Assembly (NCBI GenBank): GCA_027371545.1
Contig: DAHXMW010000010.1
Coordinates: forward strand, 2,697 to 66,696
DNA: 64,000 bases
Reading direction: 5' to 3'
Source: Candidatus Micrarchaeota archaeon
Lineage (GTDB): Archaea > Micrarchaeota > Micrarchaeia > Micrarchaeales > CABMGC01
How positions within the stretch are numbered: position 1 is the stretch's first letter; every line of letters begins with the position of its first letter. Under the pieces are notes generated by a model, which saw nothing but the letters and a program-made list of their open reading frames with translations, had not been told where the DNA came from and did no database searches. Of this stretch, positions 1 to 9,460 are shown piece after piece. The translations under genes and the position numbers were made by a program.

Positions 1-1711
1 GCAGCCTGCCTCCTCCGCTAACTGTAGTCGTGGTTATATTCTGATGGTAATATGACTGGTTCGCAGAACTGTATGACACTGGCAGAGTGCCGTTGGTGTT
101 TATGTACCCCGATATTGTTGCGAGTTCGGTCTCATTGAATGCTGTGCCGTTATATACCATGCCCCATAGGGTTACATTTAGCCTTGTTCCGATTGGTCCT
201 TTTACGCCGCAGTTGAAGCTTAGCTGGGTGGGTTGGTATTCATTGATAATTATTTTTGTACTTGAGAAGTTGCTTTCCGGAGGTGCGGATTGTGGTTGGT
301 AAGAGAACCCACCCTGCGAACTTGATGGTGAGCAGTAGAGCCCGGTAATTGTGATGTTTGTTGCGGAACTGGAGGAGTTGGTAGAGTTAAATGAGTATAT
401 GAACGAAGGAGTTATATCGTATAGTATGCCCACGCTGCCCGTAGTGTTTGCAGTGATATTGCTGCATATGGCGTAGAAGCCTGACACTGTTGACCCGAGG
501 CAGTATCCTGGAAGAAGCTGTGCGTATTTAATATAGGCAGCATTTTGAGGGAATGTTAGTATCTGCGCAGCAGGCACGGGAGGATTTGAAGATACCTGCG
601 CCATGCTGCCGTTTATGTTTAATGAAAATATGGATATCTTCGCATTGAGGTTTAGAGTCGAGTTCAGAGTTGTTGCGTTTGCTGTTGAGACGCATTCTGA
701 GAAGTAGCCATTTATTGAAGGTGTGTAATTCAAACTGCCCAGGCCAAGCCCTGACGACCCCGAAGAGTTGAGTTCCTTTGCTAGTTGATTGCCCAGAGCC
801 GTCATTGTGCCATTAATAGTTCCGTTGAAGAAAAGGCATGGAGTGTTGCGCACGCTCCTGAGCGAATAAGAGTTAATTGTTACGTTTATCCCACTTAGGT
901 ATGCTGATGCGTTTGATAAGTTGAGGGACGTTACGCCTGTTGAATTTGCCTCTGCTTCCTGAAGAGTCTTGAGCATGTTGCCGCTTATGCATAGAAGGTG
1001 TGACTGCGCCAGAGATGCGCCAGTAGTAGTATAGATAGGGACGAGTGCGCTTGTTGCATTAAAGCATGCGAATTTAAGGTTATTTGATACGTTTGAATAT
1101 GCATTGCTCTTTAGGCCGGTAAGGTTCATTACTACTATTGCGTAGGCGCTGAAGAGCGATGATCCAGTCTTGTTGCTCAGTGAAAGTGAGATTGTTGACC
1201 TGGAAAGATTGTCAGTGCTTTCCTGGTTGAGCTTGAATGGTACAGAGAATACCAGGTTTGAGAGTGCGGACTGGCTTAGGAGAGGGCTGCTTATAGCTAT
1301 GCGGTAGTTGCCCGTATAGTTGGCATTTACGTTGTGCTGCTGGCTTTGAAGCGCAGAGGTCGCATTTGCTAATGTAAGAATAGGTATAGGCTTCTTCGTA
1401 GCAAGATAAGGTATCAGGCTGCTTAAGGCGCCGTATTTGCTGCTTGTACCGCTGAATGCAAGAAATGCCACGCCAACTATTACCACTAATGCAACAATCC
1501 CCAATGCTATAATCATCTTCGTCTTGCCGCCTTGTGGGCCTGCATTTATGCGGGGATTTCCATTATCATATCCCGGCTGCTGGTAAGCATTTTCCTGTGA
1601 GCCTGCAATCTGTGACTGGGTATTTATGGCGCGCAATGTCTCAACCCCTTTTTTATTAAATGTAGGCTTATGGTTGTTTATAATACTTTTGGTTGTGCGA
1701 GCCTTGTTCAT
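1..1711 (-). CDS. Membrane-anchored, Asn/Ser/Thr-rich envelope protein (C-terminus lies beyond the window edge)
   Basis: Manual minus-strand translation from ATG 1711..1709 stays open to position 1. It is absent from the ORF track because there is no stop in the window. It begins MNKARTTKSIINNHKPTFNKKG..., has one hydrophobic span (KMIIALGIVALVVIVGVAFLAF), then a long N/S/T-rich region with more than twenty N-x-S/T sequons. Confidence 0.6.
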   Translation of the reverse strand, partial: MNKARTTKSIINNHKPTFNKKGVETLRAINTQSQIAGSQENAYQQPGYDNGNPRINAGPQGGKTKMIIALGIVALVVIVGVAFLAFSGTSSKYGALSSLIPYLATKKPIPILTLANATSALQSQQHNVNANYTGNYRIAISSPLLSQSALSNLVFSVPFKLNQESTDNLSRSTISLSLSNKTGSSLFSAYAIVVMNLTGLKSNAYSNVSNNLKFACFNATSALVPIYTTTGASLAQSHLLCISGNMLKTLQEAEANSTGVTSLNLSNASAYLSGINVTINSYSLRSVRNTPCLFFNGTINGTMTALGNQLAKELNSSGSSGLGLGSLNYTPSINGYFSECVSTANATTLNSTLNLNAKISIFSLNINGSMAQVSSNPPVPAAQILTFPQNAAYIKYAQLLPGYCLGSTVSGFYAICSNITANTTGSVGILYDITPSFIYSFNSTNSSSSATNITITGLYCSPSSSQGGFSYQPQSAPPESNFSSTKIIINEYQPTQLSFNCGVKGPIGTRLNVTLWGMVYNGTAFNETELATISGYINTNGTLPVSYSSANQSYYHQNITTTTVSGGGRL

Positions 1712-1985
1712 AAACTCCTACTTTATGGGCAGATTACGGGGTTTATGGACAGGTTTATACGTGCAGAAGTGGTGATAATAAATGTTGTGCGGAATTTGCT
1801 CAGAAAACAGATGCGCTTAATGCTCTAATTTGTTGATAGTAGAGCCGTGGCATTTACCTCAAAGATACCTTTGGTGGCAGGTTTTAGCTGTGGTTTTCTT
1901 TGGTATGAGGAAAGGCCGATTTGCTTACATATCCTTTTTTATTAAAGACTGCCATTTCATATACAAATTATATCCGTGTGGGCTT

Positions 1986-3224
1986 ATGGCAATTGTCCTG
2001 GTTGTCCTTGATGGAGCGGCTGATAGGGCCAACCCTGAGCTTAGTGGCATGACACCGCTAGAGTATGCGGATATGCCTAATCTCAGGAGATTTGCCAAGA
2101 ACGCATCTAAGGGGATGATGTATTCGGTAGGAAAAGGTATTGCTCCGGAATCCGATGCCGCAATATTCTCAATTCTTGGGTATAAAGTTAGCGATTACAC
2201 AGGCAGGGGGCCTCTTGAGGCTTTTGGTGCAGGGCTTGATGTTGGGGAAAAGACTCTCGGTGTAAGATGCAACTTTGCAACAATAGGGCATGATAGAAGG
2301 ATAATAGACAGGAGGGCAGGCAGGATCAGTACCAGGGATGCAGAGCTTCTCGGCGAGGAGATAAGCAAGGTTGATTTGGGGATTGATGGCGTGAGCTTCG
2401 AATTTAAGCCAACCGTTGGGCATAGGGGAGCGTGTGTCTTCAGGTCTGAATCAAGAGGCTTTTCGCATATGGTATCTAATGCCGATCTTGGATACGTGAA
2501 GAAAGGCACAATCTCTGTTGCTGTAGGAGGAGAGCTGGGAAAGCTTCCTGATGTTGTTCCACTTGACAAGAGCAAAGAAGCGGAATTCACTGCTTATGTC
2601 CTTAACACCTTCATAAGCAAGGTCATAGAGGCTTTATCCGGCTCTGAAGTTAACGAGAGGAGGCGCAGGGAGGGTATATATGAAGCCAATTCGCTTCTGA
2701 TGAGGGATGCTGGAGTAGGACTTCCCAATGTGGAGGGATTTAATGGAAGGTTTGGGAAGAAGGCTGCCTTCATTGCGGAGATGGCCGTAGAGAAAGGCAT
2801 ATCGAGGCTCATAGGGATGAACCCAATAGAGATTCCAGAGATAAAGGAGAGAAACGTGCGCTATAAGGTTATGGCAGACAAGGTTAACTCCAATATCGAT
2901 GCATATGATTTTGTATATGTACATATCAAAGGGCCTGATGAACCGGGCCACGATGGGGATGCGCCGCTTAAGGCGAAGATTCTTGAGGAGATTGACGCGA
3001 ATTTCTTTGGCATGCTTGATATGAAAGGCATCAGACTTTGCGTCACTGCGGACCATGCGACCCCATGCACGATGAAGGCGCATTCTGATGATCCTGTGCC
3101 TGTGATGTTTACAGGCGTAGAGGCCATGCATGGAGAACCTGAAGAGTTTGATGAGAAAATAGGAGACCTGGGGAGCCTTGGGATTATAAATGGGGTTGAG
3201 CTTGTAGATATGATTATCAAGTGA
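1986..3224 (+). CDS. apgM: 2,3-bisphosphoglycerate-independent phosphoglycerate mutase, archaeal type
   Basis: From internal ATG 1986 the protein reads MAIVLVVLDGAADRANPELSGMTPLEYADMPNLRRFA..., with KGPDEPGHDGD and VTADHATP further on. This is the typical ApgM pattern. The 52 upstream codons of the listed ORF look non-coding. The gene lies 4 nt upstream of enolase. Confidence 0.85.
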   Translation: MAIVLVVLDGAADRANPELSGMTPLEYADMPNLRRFAKNASKGMMYSVGKGIAPESDAAIFSILGYKVSDYTGRGPLEAFGAGLDVGEKTLGVRCNFATIGHDRRIIDRRAGRISTRDAELLGEEISKVDLGIDGVSFEFKPTVGHRGACVFRSESRGFSHMVSNADLGYVKKGTISVAVGGELGKLPDVVPLDKSKEAEFTAYVLNTFISKVIEALSGSEVNERRRREGIYEANSLLMRDAGVGLPNVEGFNGRFGKKAAFIAEMAVEKGISRLIGMNPIEIPEIKERNVRYKVMADKVNSNIDAYDFVYVHIKGPDEPGHDGDAPLKAKILEEIDANFFGMLDMKGIRLCVTADHATPCTMKAHSDDPVPVMFTGVEAMHGEPEEFDEKIGDLGSLGIINGVELVDMIIK

Positions 3225-3228
3225 GAAT

Positions 3229-4458
3229 ATGGCATGCGAGATAACGGATATTTCTGTGAGGAAGATACTTGATTCTAGATGCGGGTTCACTGTGGAAGTT
3301 CTCGTGACCGGAAAGGATGGTAATAAGGCGCTTACAAGGGTGCCTAACAGCACAAGCACTGGGGAGCACGAGGTATGTGCTTATCCTAAAGACGGCATTG
3401 ATGCTGGAATTGAAAGATTCGGAAGAGTCAAGAGGCGCTTGATTGGTATGGATGCAGAAGATCAGGTAGGCATTGACTCAGCGCTTAAGTCAATAAGCGG
3501 TAAGCGCTTTGAAGAGGTAGGAGGAAATATCGCCACAGGCGTATCGTTATCTTCTGCAAAGCTTGCGGCAAAGTGCAATGGGATGGAACTTTGCGATTAC
3601 GTTAATAGAGTGCTTATGAAGGGCTCAGGAATTAATGAGGGAATTCCAAGACCCATTGGCAACCTTATCGGAGGAGGGGCGCATGCGCATTCCAATATGA
3701 GCATCCAGGAGATATTGGTATCACCGAAGGGCGAGGGCTTCATGGCAAATGCGTATGCTAATGGGCTGGCGCATAAAAAGCTTGGAGAAGAGCTAGGTGG
3801 GCGAGGTAGCGCTTATGGGGTAAATGTTGAAGGCGCATGGAACACAGGTTTGTCAGATATGGAGAATGTCAGGCTGGCGCACTCGATAGCTGATGCAATA
3901 GAAGGAGAACTTGGTGTTGAGGTGGAGCTGGGCATTGATTTTGCAGCCAGTGAGTATTATGAAGGCGGCAGATACCTTTACCCAGGCAAGAAAATAAGCA
4001 AGGAAGAGCAGATAGATTTCGTCAATAAACTTGCGCAGGAGTTCGGGATCAGATATATTGAAGACCCGATGGAGGAGAACGATTTTGAAGGCTTCGCAAA
4101 GATTAATGACGCACTTGGTGAAAGCGCATTGGTGGTAGGAGATGACATATACACAACTGACCAGGAGCGGCTTAGGACAGGAATAAAGAAGCACTCTTCC
4201 AATGCAGTATTGATAAAGGTAAACCAGATAGGAACCCTGAGCGATACAATAGATGTTGTTAGGCTTGCGCATCGGAGCGGAATGAAGACAGTGGTATCGC
4301 ACAGGAGCAGGGACACATATGATTCTTTCATCGCACACCTTGCAGTTGCATTTGGATCGGAATATATAAAATGCGGGATTGTAGGAGGGGAGCGTGTCTC
4401 CAAGCTTAACGAAGTTGCAAGGATAGAAGAGCTAAAGAAGGCGGTTCAATGGAAGTGA
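3229..4458 (+). CDS. eno: Enolase
   Basis: N-terminal ITDISVRKILDSRCGFTVEV, VLIKVNQIGTLSDT and VVSHRSRDT..DSFIAHLAV match enolase signature regions. Glycolytic neighbour of apgM. Confidence 0.9.
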   Translation: MACEITDISVRKILDSRCGFTVEVLVTGKDGNKALTRVPNSTSTGEHEVCAYPKDGIDAGIERFGRVKRRLIGMDAEDQVGIDSALKSISGKRFEEVGGNIATGVSLSSAKLAAKCNGMELCDYVNRVLMKGSGINEGIPRPIGNLIGGGAHAHSNMSIQEILVSPKGEGFMANAYANGLAHKKLGEELGGRGSAYGVNVEGAWNTGLSDMENVRLAHSIADAIEGELGVEVELGIDFAASEYYEGGRYLYPGKKISKEEQIDFVNKLAQEFGIRYIEDPMEENDFEGFAKINDALGESALVVGDDIYTTDQERLRTGIKKHSSNAVLIKVNQIGTLSDTIDVVRLAHRSGMKTVVSHRSRDTYDSFIAHLAVAFGSEYIKCGIVGGERVSKLNEVARIEELKKAVQWK

Positions 4459-6146
4459 TCATAAAATCCTGCGAGGAGGATAAAGGAATCGCTGCTGAAT
4501 CTTTCAGCGAAGAGGAGGAGAGTGAACTCCATCAATTTGCGACAAATTCCGATAGCAACGTATTTGCATGGAAGATAGGGGATCTTCTTACTGCGGAGCA
4601 GGCTGGTGCGCTTCTTTCCAGGTATAGCAGGACATCGCTTACCGGCCGGCGCCTATTTCTAAAGGAGTTCCTCCCCAACAGGGAGAGGGGCAGGGAATTC
4701 TTCGAGTCCTGGTTGGTAGATTATGGCGATGACTCCATACAGGAGATGGCAGGGGGGATACCTGTTTCTTGCGAATTTGTATCCAACCTTGCCGTAAAGG
4801 ATATAGAGGATAGCAGGCTGGCATCGTATATAGAGAAGTCTTCCAGATATGTGCCTTTTGACAAGAGGCTTCCTGGAGGAAGGTATATGTATTACAAAGG
4901 CATGGACATCTCCGAATCGAGGTTTTCCGATAAGTATGAAGACCTGATGGACGGGCTTTTTGATTCATACTCTTCAGGAATGAAAAAAATGATTCCGTAC
5001 ATAGAAGAATCTAATAGGCTTGAGGATCAGGTATTCAGGGTTCAGGATGCAACGCTTCGCATAACCGAGATGGATTCTGCAAAGGAAGAGAGATACGGAA
5101 TTTCTGAGGAAGATCTGAGGCGCGCTTACGATAATGCGGTAAAGGCGAATGCGCTTGACTTCATGAGAGACTATCTGCCAATGGCCACGCTTACGCATGT
5201 TGGAATAAGCGCGAATGCGCGATCCTACGACAACCTGGTAACCAAGATGCTTGCTTCAACGCTTGGCGAGTCAAGATGGATAGGTAAGCGCATATTGTCC
5301 GAGCTTGGAAAGCTCATACCTTCGCTTATGAAAAGGACCGGAGGTGATTATGGCCAGGCAAAGATCAATTTTATAAGGTCTTCTAGGGAAGGTGCAGAGC
5401 ATGCTGCTGCGGAGGCACTCCCCAATGCTGTTTGGAAAGGTGCTGCATCCCTTGTGGACTACACAGGCAAAGGCTTGGATAGGCCGGACGATGCGGCACA
5501 GATTAACCTATGTGCGGCTATAGTGTATCGCTTTTCAGAAGGAATAAATTTTAGGGAAGCTCTGGAATATGCTAAGGCAGCAGGACGGGAGAGGAGGGAT
5601 ATTATAATAGGTGCGTATGTTGGAAAGAGGGAGAATAGGAGGCTAAAGCCTGGGAGGGCCTTTGAGCATGTAGAGTACCTCGCCGAGTTCACAGGCAGAG
5701 TAGGAATTTATAGGGATCTGCAGAGGCACAGGATAGGCACTCAGGAAAGGCAGAGGTTAACTACAAAGATGGGATTTGAGATGCGTCCCCAGTTTGAGGA
5801 AATAGGAATCTCAGACGAGTATAAATCCAAGATGGCTCTTGCGGATGAGCTTTACAGGGAAATGCAGGAAGATATGCCATATCACGCACAGTATGTGGTG
5901 ACTTATGGTTTCCTCGCCAAATGGTATTATCGAATGAATGCCAGGCAGCTCTTCCATTTTGTTGAGCTGAGGACAACTTCAGGAGGGCATCCCGATTACA
6001 GGATGATGGCGCAGCAGCTCTTCAAGGCAGTTGAAGCCGTACATCCTTCAGTAACAAAGCATATGGGATTTGCCAACCTTGAAGACAAGAAGCTTGGAAG
6101 GCTTGATTCGGAGATAAGGATAGCTATCAAGAAACGCCGGAAATAA
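4449..6146 (+). CDS. thyX: ThyX-family (long form) FAD-dependent thymidylate synthase-like protein
   Basis: YRDLQRHRIGTQERQR resembles the ThyX RHR motif. FHFVELRTTSGGHPDYRMMAQQL resembles the C-terminal ThyX helix region. At 565 aa it is about twice the length of a single-domain ThyX. The start overlaps the eno stop by 10 nt, and the gene is convergent with glyA. Confidence 0.55.
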   Translation: MEVIIKSCEEDKGIAAESFSEEEESELHQFATNSDSNVFAWKIGDLLTAEQAGALLSRYSRTSLTGRRLFLKEFLPNRERGREFFESWLVDYGDDSIQEMAGGIPVSCEFVSNLAVKDIEDSRLASYIEKSSRYVPFDKRLPGGRYMYYKGMDISESRFSDKYEDLMDGLFDSYSSGMKKMIPYIEESNRLEDQVFRVQDATLRITEMDSAKEERYGISEEDLRRAYDNAVKANALDFMRDYLPMATLTHVGISANARSYDNLVTKMLASTLGESRWIGKRILSELGKLIPSLMKRTGGDYGQAKINFIRSSREGAEHAAAEALPNAVWKGAASLVDYTGKGLDRPDDAAQINLCAAIVYRFSEGINFREALEYAKAAGRERRDIIIGAYVGKRENRRLKPGRAFEHVEYLAEFTGRVGIYRDLQRHRIGTQERQRLTTKMGFEMRPQFEEIGISDEYKSKMALADELYREMQEDMPYHAQYVVTYGFLAKWYYRMNARQLFHFVELRTTSGGHPDYRMMAQQLFKAVEAVHPSVTKHMGFANLEDKKLGRLDSEIRIAIKKRRK

Positions 6147-7476
6147 ACGATGGATAAAGCGGAAACCTCTTGCACATGTCCTTAACTTCAGAGCGCACCT
6201 TTCTTATCTCCTCGTTTGAGACGATTTCTTCCCTGAATCTCTTTATCACCTGCTGCCTCTCCTGCTTTTCATCAGGCATCTGGTATTTTGTTACTTGGCC
6301 TATCACGCCTGCTATCATCCCTGCTATCTCTGACATCTCCTTCTCCTTCATACCCCTAGTTGTAAGTGCAGGGGTTCCGAGGCGTATGCCGCTAGGGTAA
6401 AAAGGAGAGGACGGATCATTTGGTATCGTGTTTTTGTTTACCGTTATGCCTGCTTTGTCAAGGGCGTCCTGCGCAAACAAGCCAAGCCCCTTGCCGTGCT
6501 TTGTAAGGTCTATAAGCACCATGTGGTTATCCGTGCCTCCGGTTACCAGGCTTATCCCGTTTGATTTGAGGCCTTCGGCAAGGGCTTTCGCATTGGAGAT
6601 TATCTGAAAGGCATAATCCCTGAATTCCTGAGATGACGCTTCCTTAAGAGCCACAGCTATTGCAGCCGTAACATGGTCGTGCGGGCCTCCCTGCATCCCG
6701 GGAAATATTGTCTTGTCTATTTTATCTGGAAGATCAGGGTCTTTCTCGACGCCCTTTTTTGTCACCATTACCATTGCGCCTCGAGGGCCGCGCAGGGTTT
6801 TGTGCGTTGTTGTTGTTATTATGTGCACATATTTGGCTGGGCTTTCATGGGCTCCGGCAACTACAAGGCCGGATATGTGGGATATGTCTGCTGCGAGATA
6901 TGCACCGCACTCTTCCGCAATCTCGGAAAACTCCGAGAATGGTAAGCTCCTTGTATATGCCGTGGCGCCCACCCATATGAGTTTTGGACTGTTCTCTCTC
7001 GCAAGCCTTCTTGCCTCTTCTATATCTATATATCCATCTGATTTTACGTGGTAAGGCACGCTTTTGAATAGCTGCCCGGTTAGGCTCGTCTTCCACCCAT
7101 GGGTAAGATGCCCCCCGTCCGTAAGGTTCTGGCCCATTATAGTGTCGCCAGGTTTGCACACAGACATGTACACTGAGAAGTTGGCAGGGGATCCGGAATA
7201 TGGCTGTACGTTTACGTGCTCAACTTTGAAGAGCTCCTTTGCCCTCTTTCTTGCGAGGTTTTCTACCTTGTCTATATTCTCGTTGCCAGCATAGTACCTC
7301 GCTCCTGGGTAACCTTCTGAATATTTATTTGTCATTATGCTTCCAAGCGCTTCGAGCACAGGAAGGCTGACGAAATTTTCCGAAGGAATCATCTCTAAGC
7401 ATTCCTTTTGCCTGGCTAGCTCTTCATTCAGTATCTCGGCTGTCTCCTTGTCTATGCGATCGATTCCATCGAACAT
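6127..7476 (-). CDS. glyA: Serine hydroxymethyltransferase
   Basis: IPSENFVS, YYAGNE and the PLP-lysine motif HIITTTTHKTLRGPRG. The start was moved to internal ATG 7476 (MFDGIDRIDKE...), which matches usual SHMT N-termini. Confidence 0.9.
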   Translation of the reverse strand: MFDGIDRIDKETAEILNEELARQKECLEMIPSENFVSLPVLEALGSIMTNKYSEGYPGARYYAGNENIDKVENLARKRAKELFKVEHVNVQPYSGSPANFSVYMSVCKPGDTIMGQNLTDGGHLTHGWKTSLTGQLFKSVPYHVKSDGYIDIEEARRLARENSPKLIWVGATAYTRSLPFSEFSEIAEECGAYLAADISHISGLVVAGAHESPAKYVHIITTTTHKTLRGPRGAMVMVTKKGVEKDPDLPDKIDKTIFPGMQGGPHDHVTAAIAVALKEASSQEFRDYAFQIISNAKALAEGLKSNGISLVTGGTDNHMVLIDLTKHGKGLGLFAQDALDKAGITVNKNTIPNDPSSPFYPSGIRLGTPALTTRGMKEKEMSEIAGMIAGVIGQVTKYQMPDEKQERQQVIKRFREEIVSNEEIRKVRSEVKDMCKRFPLYPSFISGVS

Positions 7477-7537
7477 GTTCACACCATATTTATCGCCTTT
7501 TAAAGGTTTAAATAGTAGCTGCAGCACTTTTTAGTAT

Positions 7538-8044
7538 ATGAAGAAACAGGTCCCCGAAGTAAGACTCAGGCGGGCGACTATTGCCGATATAGGTAAGCTT
7601 ACAGCGATGGCCAGAAAGATGCTTGACTACCATATAGCACTTTCTTCGGGGGACAGCACAATAATGGCATATCTAAAGCCAGACAGGGATTTTGATAGGA
7701 TATGGAAAGGTTGGGTAGGAAAGTGGATAAGATCGGCTAACGGGATGGTGATAATCGCAGAATCACGTGGCAAGCCAATAGGCTACGCCATGGGTTACAT
7801 AAAGAAGAATACGCCGATTTACAGCCTGAAGGAGCTAGGGTACATAGGCGATTTGTACGTTGAGAAAAATTTCAGGAGATCTGGTGTTGGAACGATGATG
7901 AAGGATTTCATGCTCGACTGGTTCAGGAAGCGCAAGATGAGATATGTTTCCATAGCAGTCCACGAGTCTAATTCCTCTGCGCATAAGGCTTATGCCTCAT
8001 GGGGATTTTCGGATTACTACAGGGAGATGAGGCAGAAGTTATAG
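7538..8044 (+). CDS. GNAT family N-acetyltransferase
   Basis: 168 aa. LYVEKNFRRSGVGTMMKDFM is the acetyl-CoA-binding R-x-x-G-x-G motif. The size is typical of a GNAT. Confidence 0.7.
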   Translation: MKKQVPEVRLRRATIADIGKLTAMARKMLDYHIALSSGDSTIMAYLKPDRDFDRIWKGWVGKWIRSANGMVIIAESRGKPIGYAMGYIKKNTPIYSLKELGYIGDLYVEKNFRRSGVGTMMKDFMLDWFRKRKMRYVSIAVHESNSSAHKAYASWGFSDYYREMRQKL

Positions 8045-8086
8045 CTATTTTTATTATTATGCCAGCATAGATTAACTAGTGGTTGG

Positions 8087-8749
8087 ATGGAGCTAAGTGA
8101 CAATGAGTATGTAATACAGAGGCCTATGCAGTTTGCGTGGAATGTGGTTTACCAGGTCATGGATTCCAAGGGTAATCCCATATTCGCAGGGAGGCAGCAT
8201 GCTCTCGGCGGGAGCCTTGATATCTTTGATGTTTCAGGCGCGGTTGCAGCATCTATGCATGCGAAGCACCTTACGCTTAAGCCGCAGTACGAGCTCTTCG
8301 ATGCGAACAAGAACAAGCTTGGGAGGGCTGTGAAGATAAGCCATCTGGTAAACCTAAACAGCAAGTTTGACCTTGAAAACGCAGGAGGGGAGGTAATAGC
8401 GCAGGCTATAGGGCAGATATTCGGGTATAACTATGCAATAAAGGACGCAAAGGGTGAGAAGGATATAGCAGGAATTTCTAAGGCATCGCCTTTTAATGCT
8501 GCTACAGCAATGGACCAGCAGCAGGGATTTGGAGGACTCCTTGGAAGCATAATAGCAGGTGCAATGAACGCTTATAAGTTGAGCATATATGACACATCAA
8601 TTGACAAGCTTCTGCTAATTGTATTCACAATAGCCATAGACCATATCGCAAACAATAACAACGTAAGCGTGGGAATAGGCGGGATGGGTAGTAGCACTGG
8701 GGGATTCGGCGGAGTAGGTGGATTCGGCGGACCTGGAGTGAGGCTGTAG
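8087..8749 (+). CDS. Hypothetical protein, LURP-one-related/tubby C-terminal-like (DUF567-like) with a hydrophobic segment and Gly-rich tail
   Basis: Repetitive short beta-hairpin-like segments (VYQVMDSKGNPIFAGRQ, YELFDANKNKLGRAVK, FDLENAGGEVIAQAIG, YAIKDAKGEKDIAGISK) resemble LOR family proteins. The C-terminus is GIGGMGSSTGGFGGVGGFGGPGVRL. Confidence 0.4.
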   Translation: MELSDNEYVIQRPMQFAWNVVYQVMDSKGNPIFAGRQHALGGSLDIFDVSGAVAASMHAKHLTLKPQYELFDANKNKLGRAVKISHLVNLNSKFDLENAGGEVIAQAIGQIFGYNYAIKDAKGEKDIAGISKASPFNAATAMDQQQGFGGLLGSIIAGAMNAYKLSIYDTSIDKLLLIVFTIAIDHIANNNNVSVGIGGMGSSTGGFGGVGGFGGPGVRL

Positions 8750-8768
8750 GGCTCACAGGAGTGTTTGA

Positions 8769-9371
8769 ATGGCCCATACTAGCAGGCAATTGAATATAGA
8801 GTCTTCTGAACTAAAGGCGCTTAGGCGCGAAGTTGCTGAGGCGATGGAGCCTACGCGGCACATACAACGCCTGCTTAAGCCTAATGCTAAAAGTTCCGGG
8901 AATCCTTATCTATTCGGCGCGGGAAGGCCAAATGGAGGATTTGATGATAGTGCATTTGATGCCATTTCCAAGATATTCAGCTTCGACTACATGGGAAGAG
9001 GGGAGTATGAGTTCGGGGCGCTTCCGAATTCGATGGGCAGAATCTATGATTACGCAACAAATGGCAATCTTGCAAGAGGGAGTGTAAAGTTGGGACTCCA
9101 CGAGGTTTTTTACATCTGCAGGAAGGATATGGCTGCCGAGGTCGAGAGGAGAATAAAGAAACTTGGGGAGGGGGAGTCGTGGGAGCAGAGGGGGCCGAAA
9201 AAATCTAGGGTGTTAACCTCTGATTTCGTGGGGCTGCGAAGATCCCTGGATAGCAGACCTGAAGATGCAAGAATGCCAGTTGGATGGCTTGAGATAGACA
9301 ATCACTTCCTATTCTTTACGGACAGGGGGATGTTCAGCAATGCGGCAGGGCTCTTTGGGCTTAAACCATAA
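8769..9371 (+). CDS. Hypothetical protein
   Basis: 200-aa ORF with protein-like composition and no competing long ORF. I recognise no motif. It lies 19 nt downstream of the LOR-like gene. Confidence 0.45.
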   Translation: MAHTSRQLNIESSELKALRREVAEAMEPTRHIQRLLKPNAKSSGNPYLFGAGRPNGGFDDSAFDAISKIFSFDYMGRGEYEFGALPNSMGRIYDYATNGNLARGSVKLGLHEVFYICRKDMAAEVERRIKKLGEGESWEQRGPKKSRVLTSDFVGLRRSLDSRPEDARMPVGWLEIDNHFLFFTDRGMFSNAAGLFGLKP

Positions 9372-9460
9372 ACTTGAAGCCGGAATTCCTGCAGGATGGT
9401 TTTCCATGATGGTATAGGCCATCGGTGGCGGAATTTAGTATATGTGGGTTATGACTAAGA

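Noticed and set aside
87-302. 71-aa plus-strand ORF at the left edge
   Set aside because: It lies antisense inside the long open minus-strand frame (1..1711), which encodes a coherent anchored N/S/T-rich protein. The composition is not protein-like and there is no motif.
1830-1985. 52-codon N-terminal extension of apgM in the ORF track
   Set aside because: The extension (MLIVEPWHLPQRYLWWQ...) is Trp/Phe/Cys-rich and unlike ApgM N-termini. The internal ATG at 1986 gives the canonical MAIVLVVLDGAADR start.
2634-3359. 241-aa minus-strand ORF, with several shorter ones, across apgM/eno
   Set aside because: Antisense to two strongly supported glycolytic genes. Low-complexity, His/Arg/Leu-rich translation typical of shadow ORFs.
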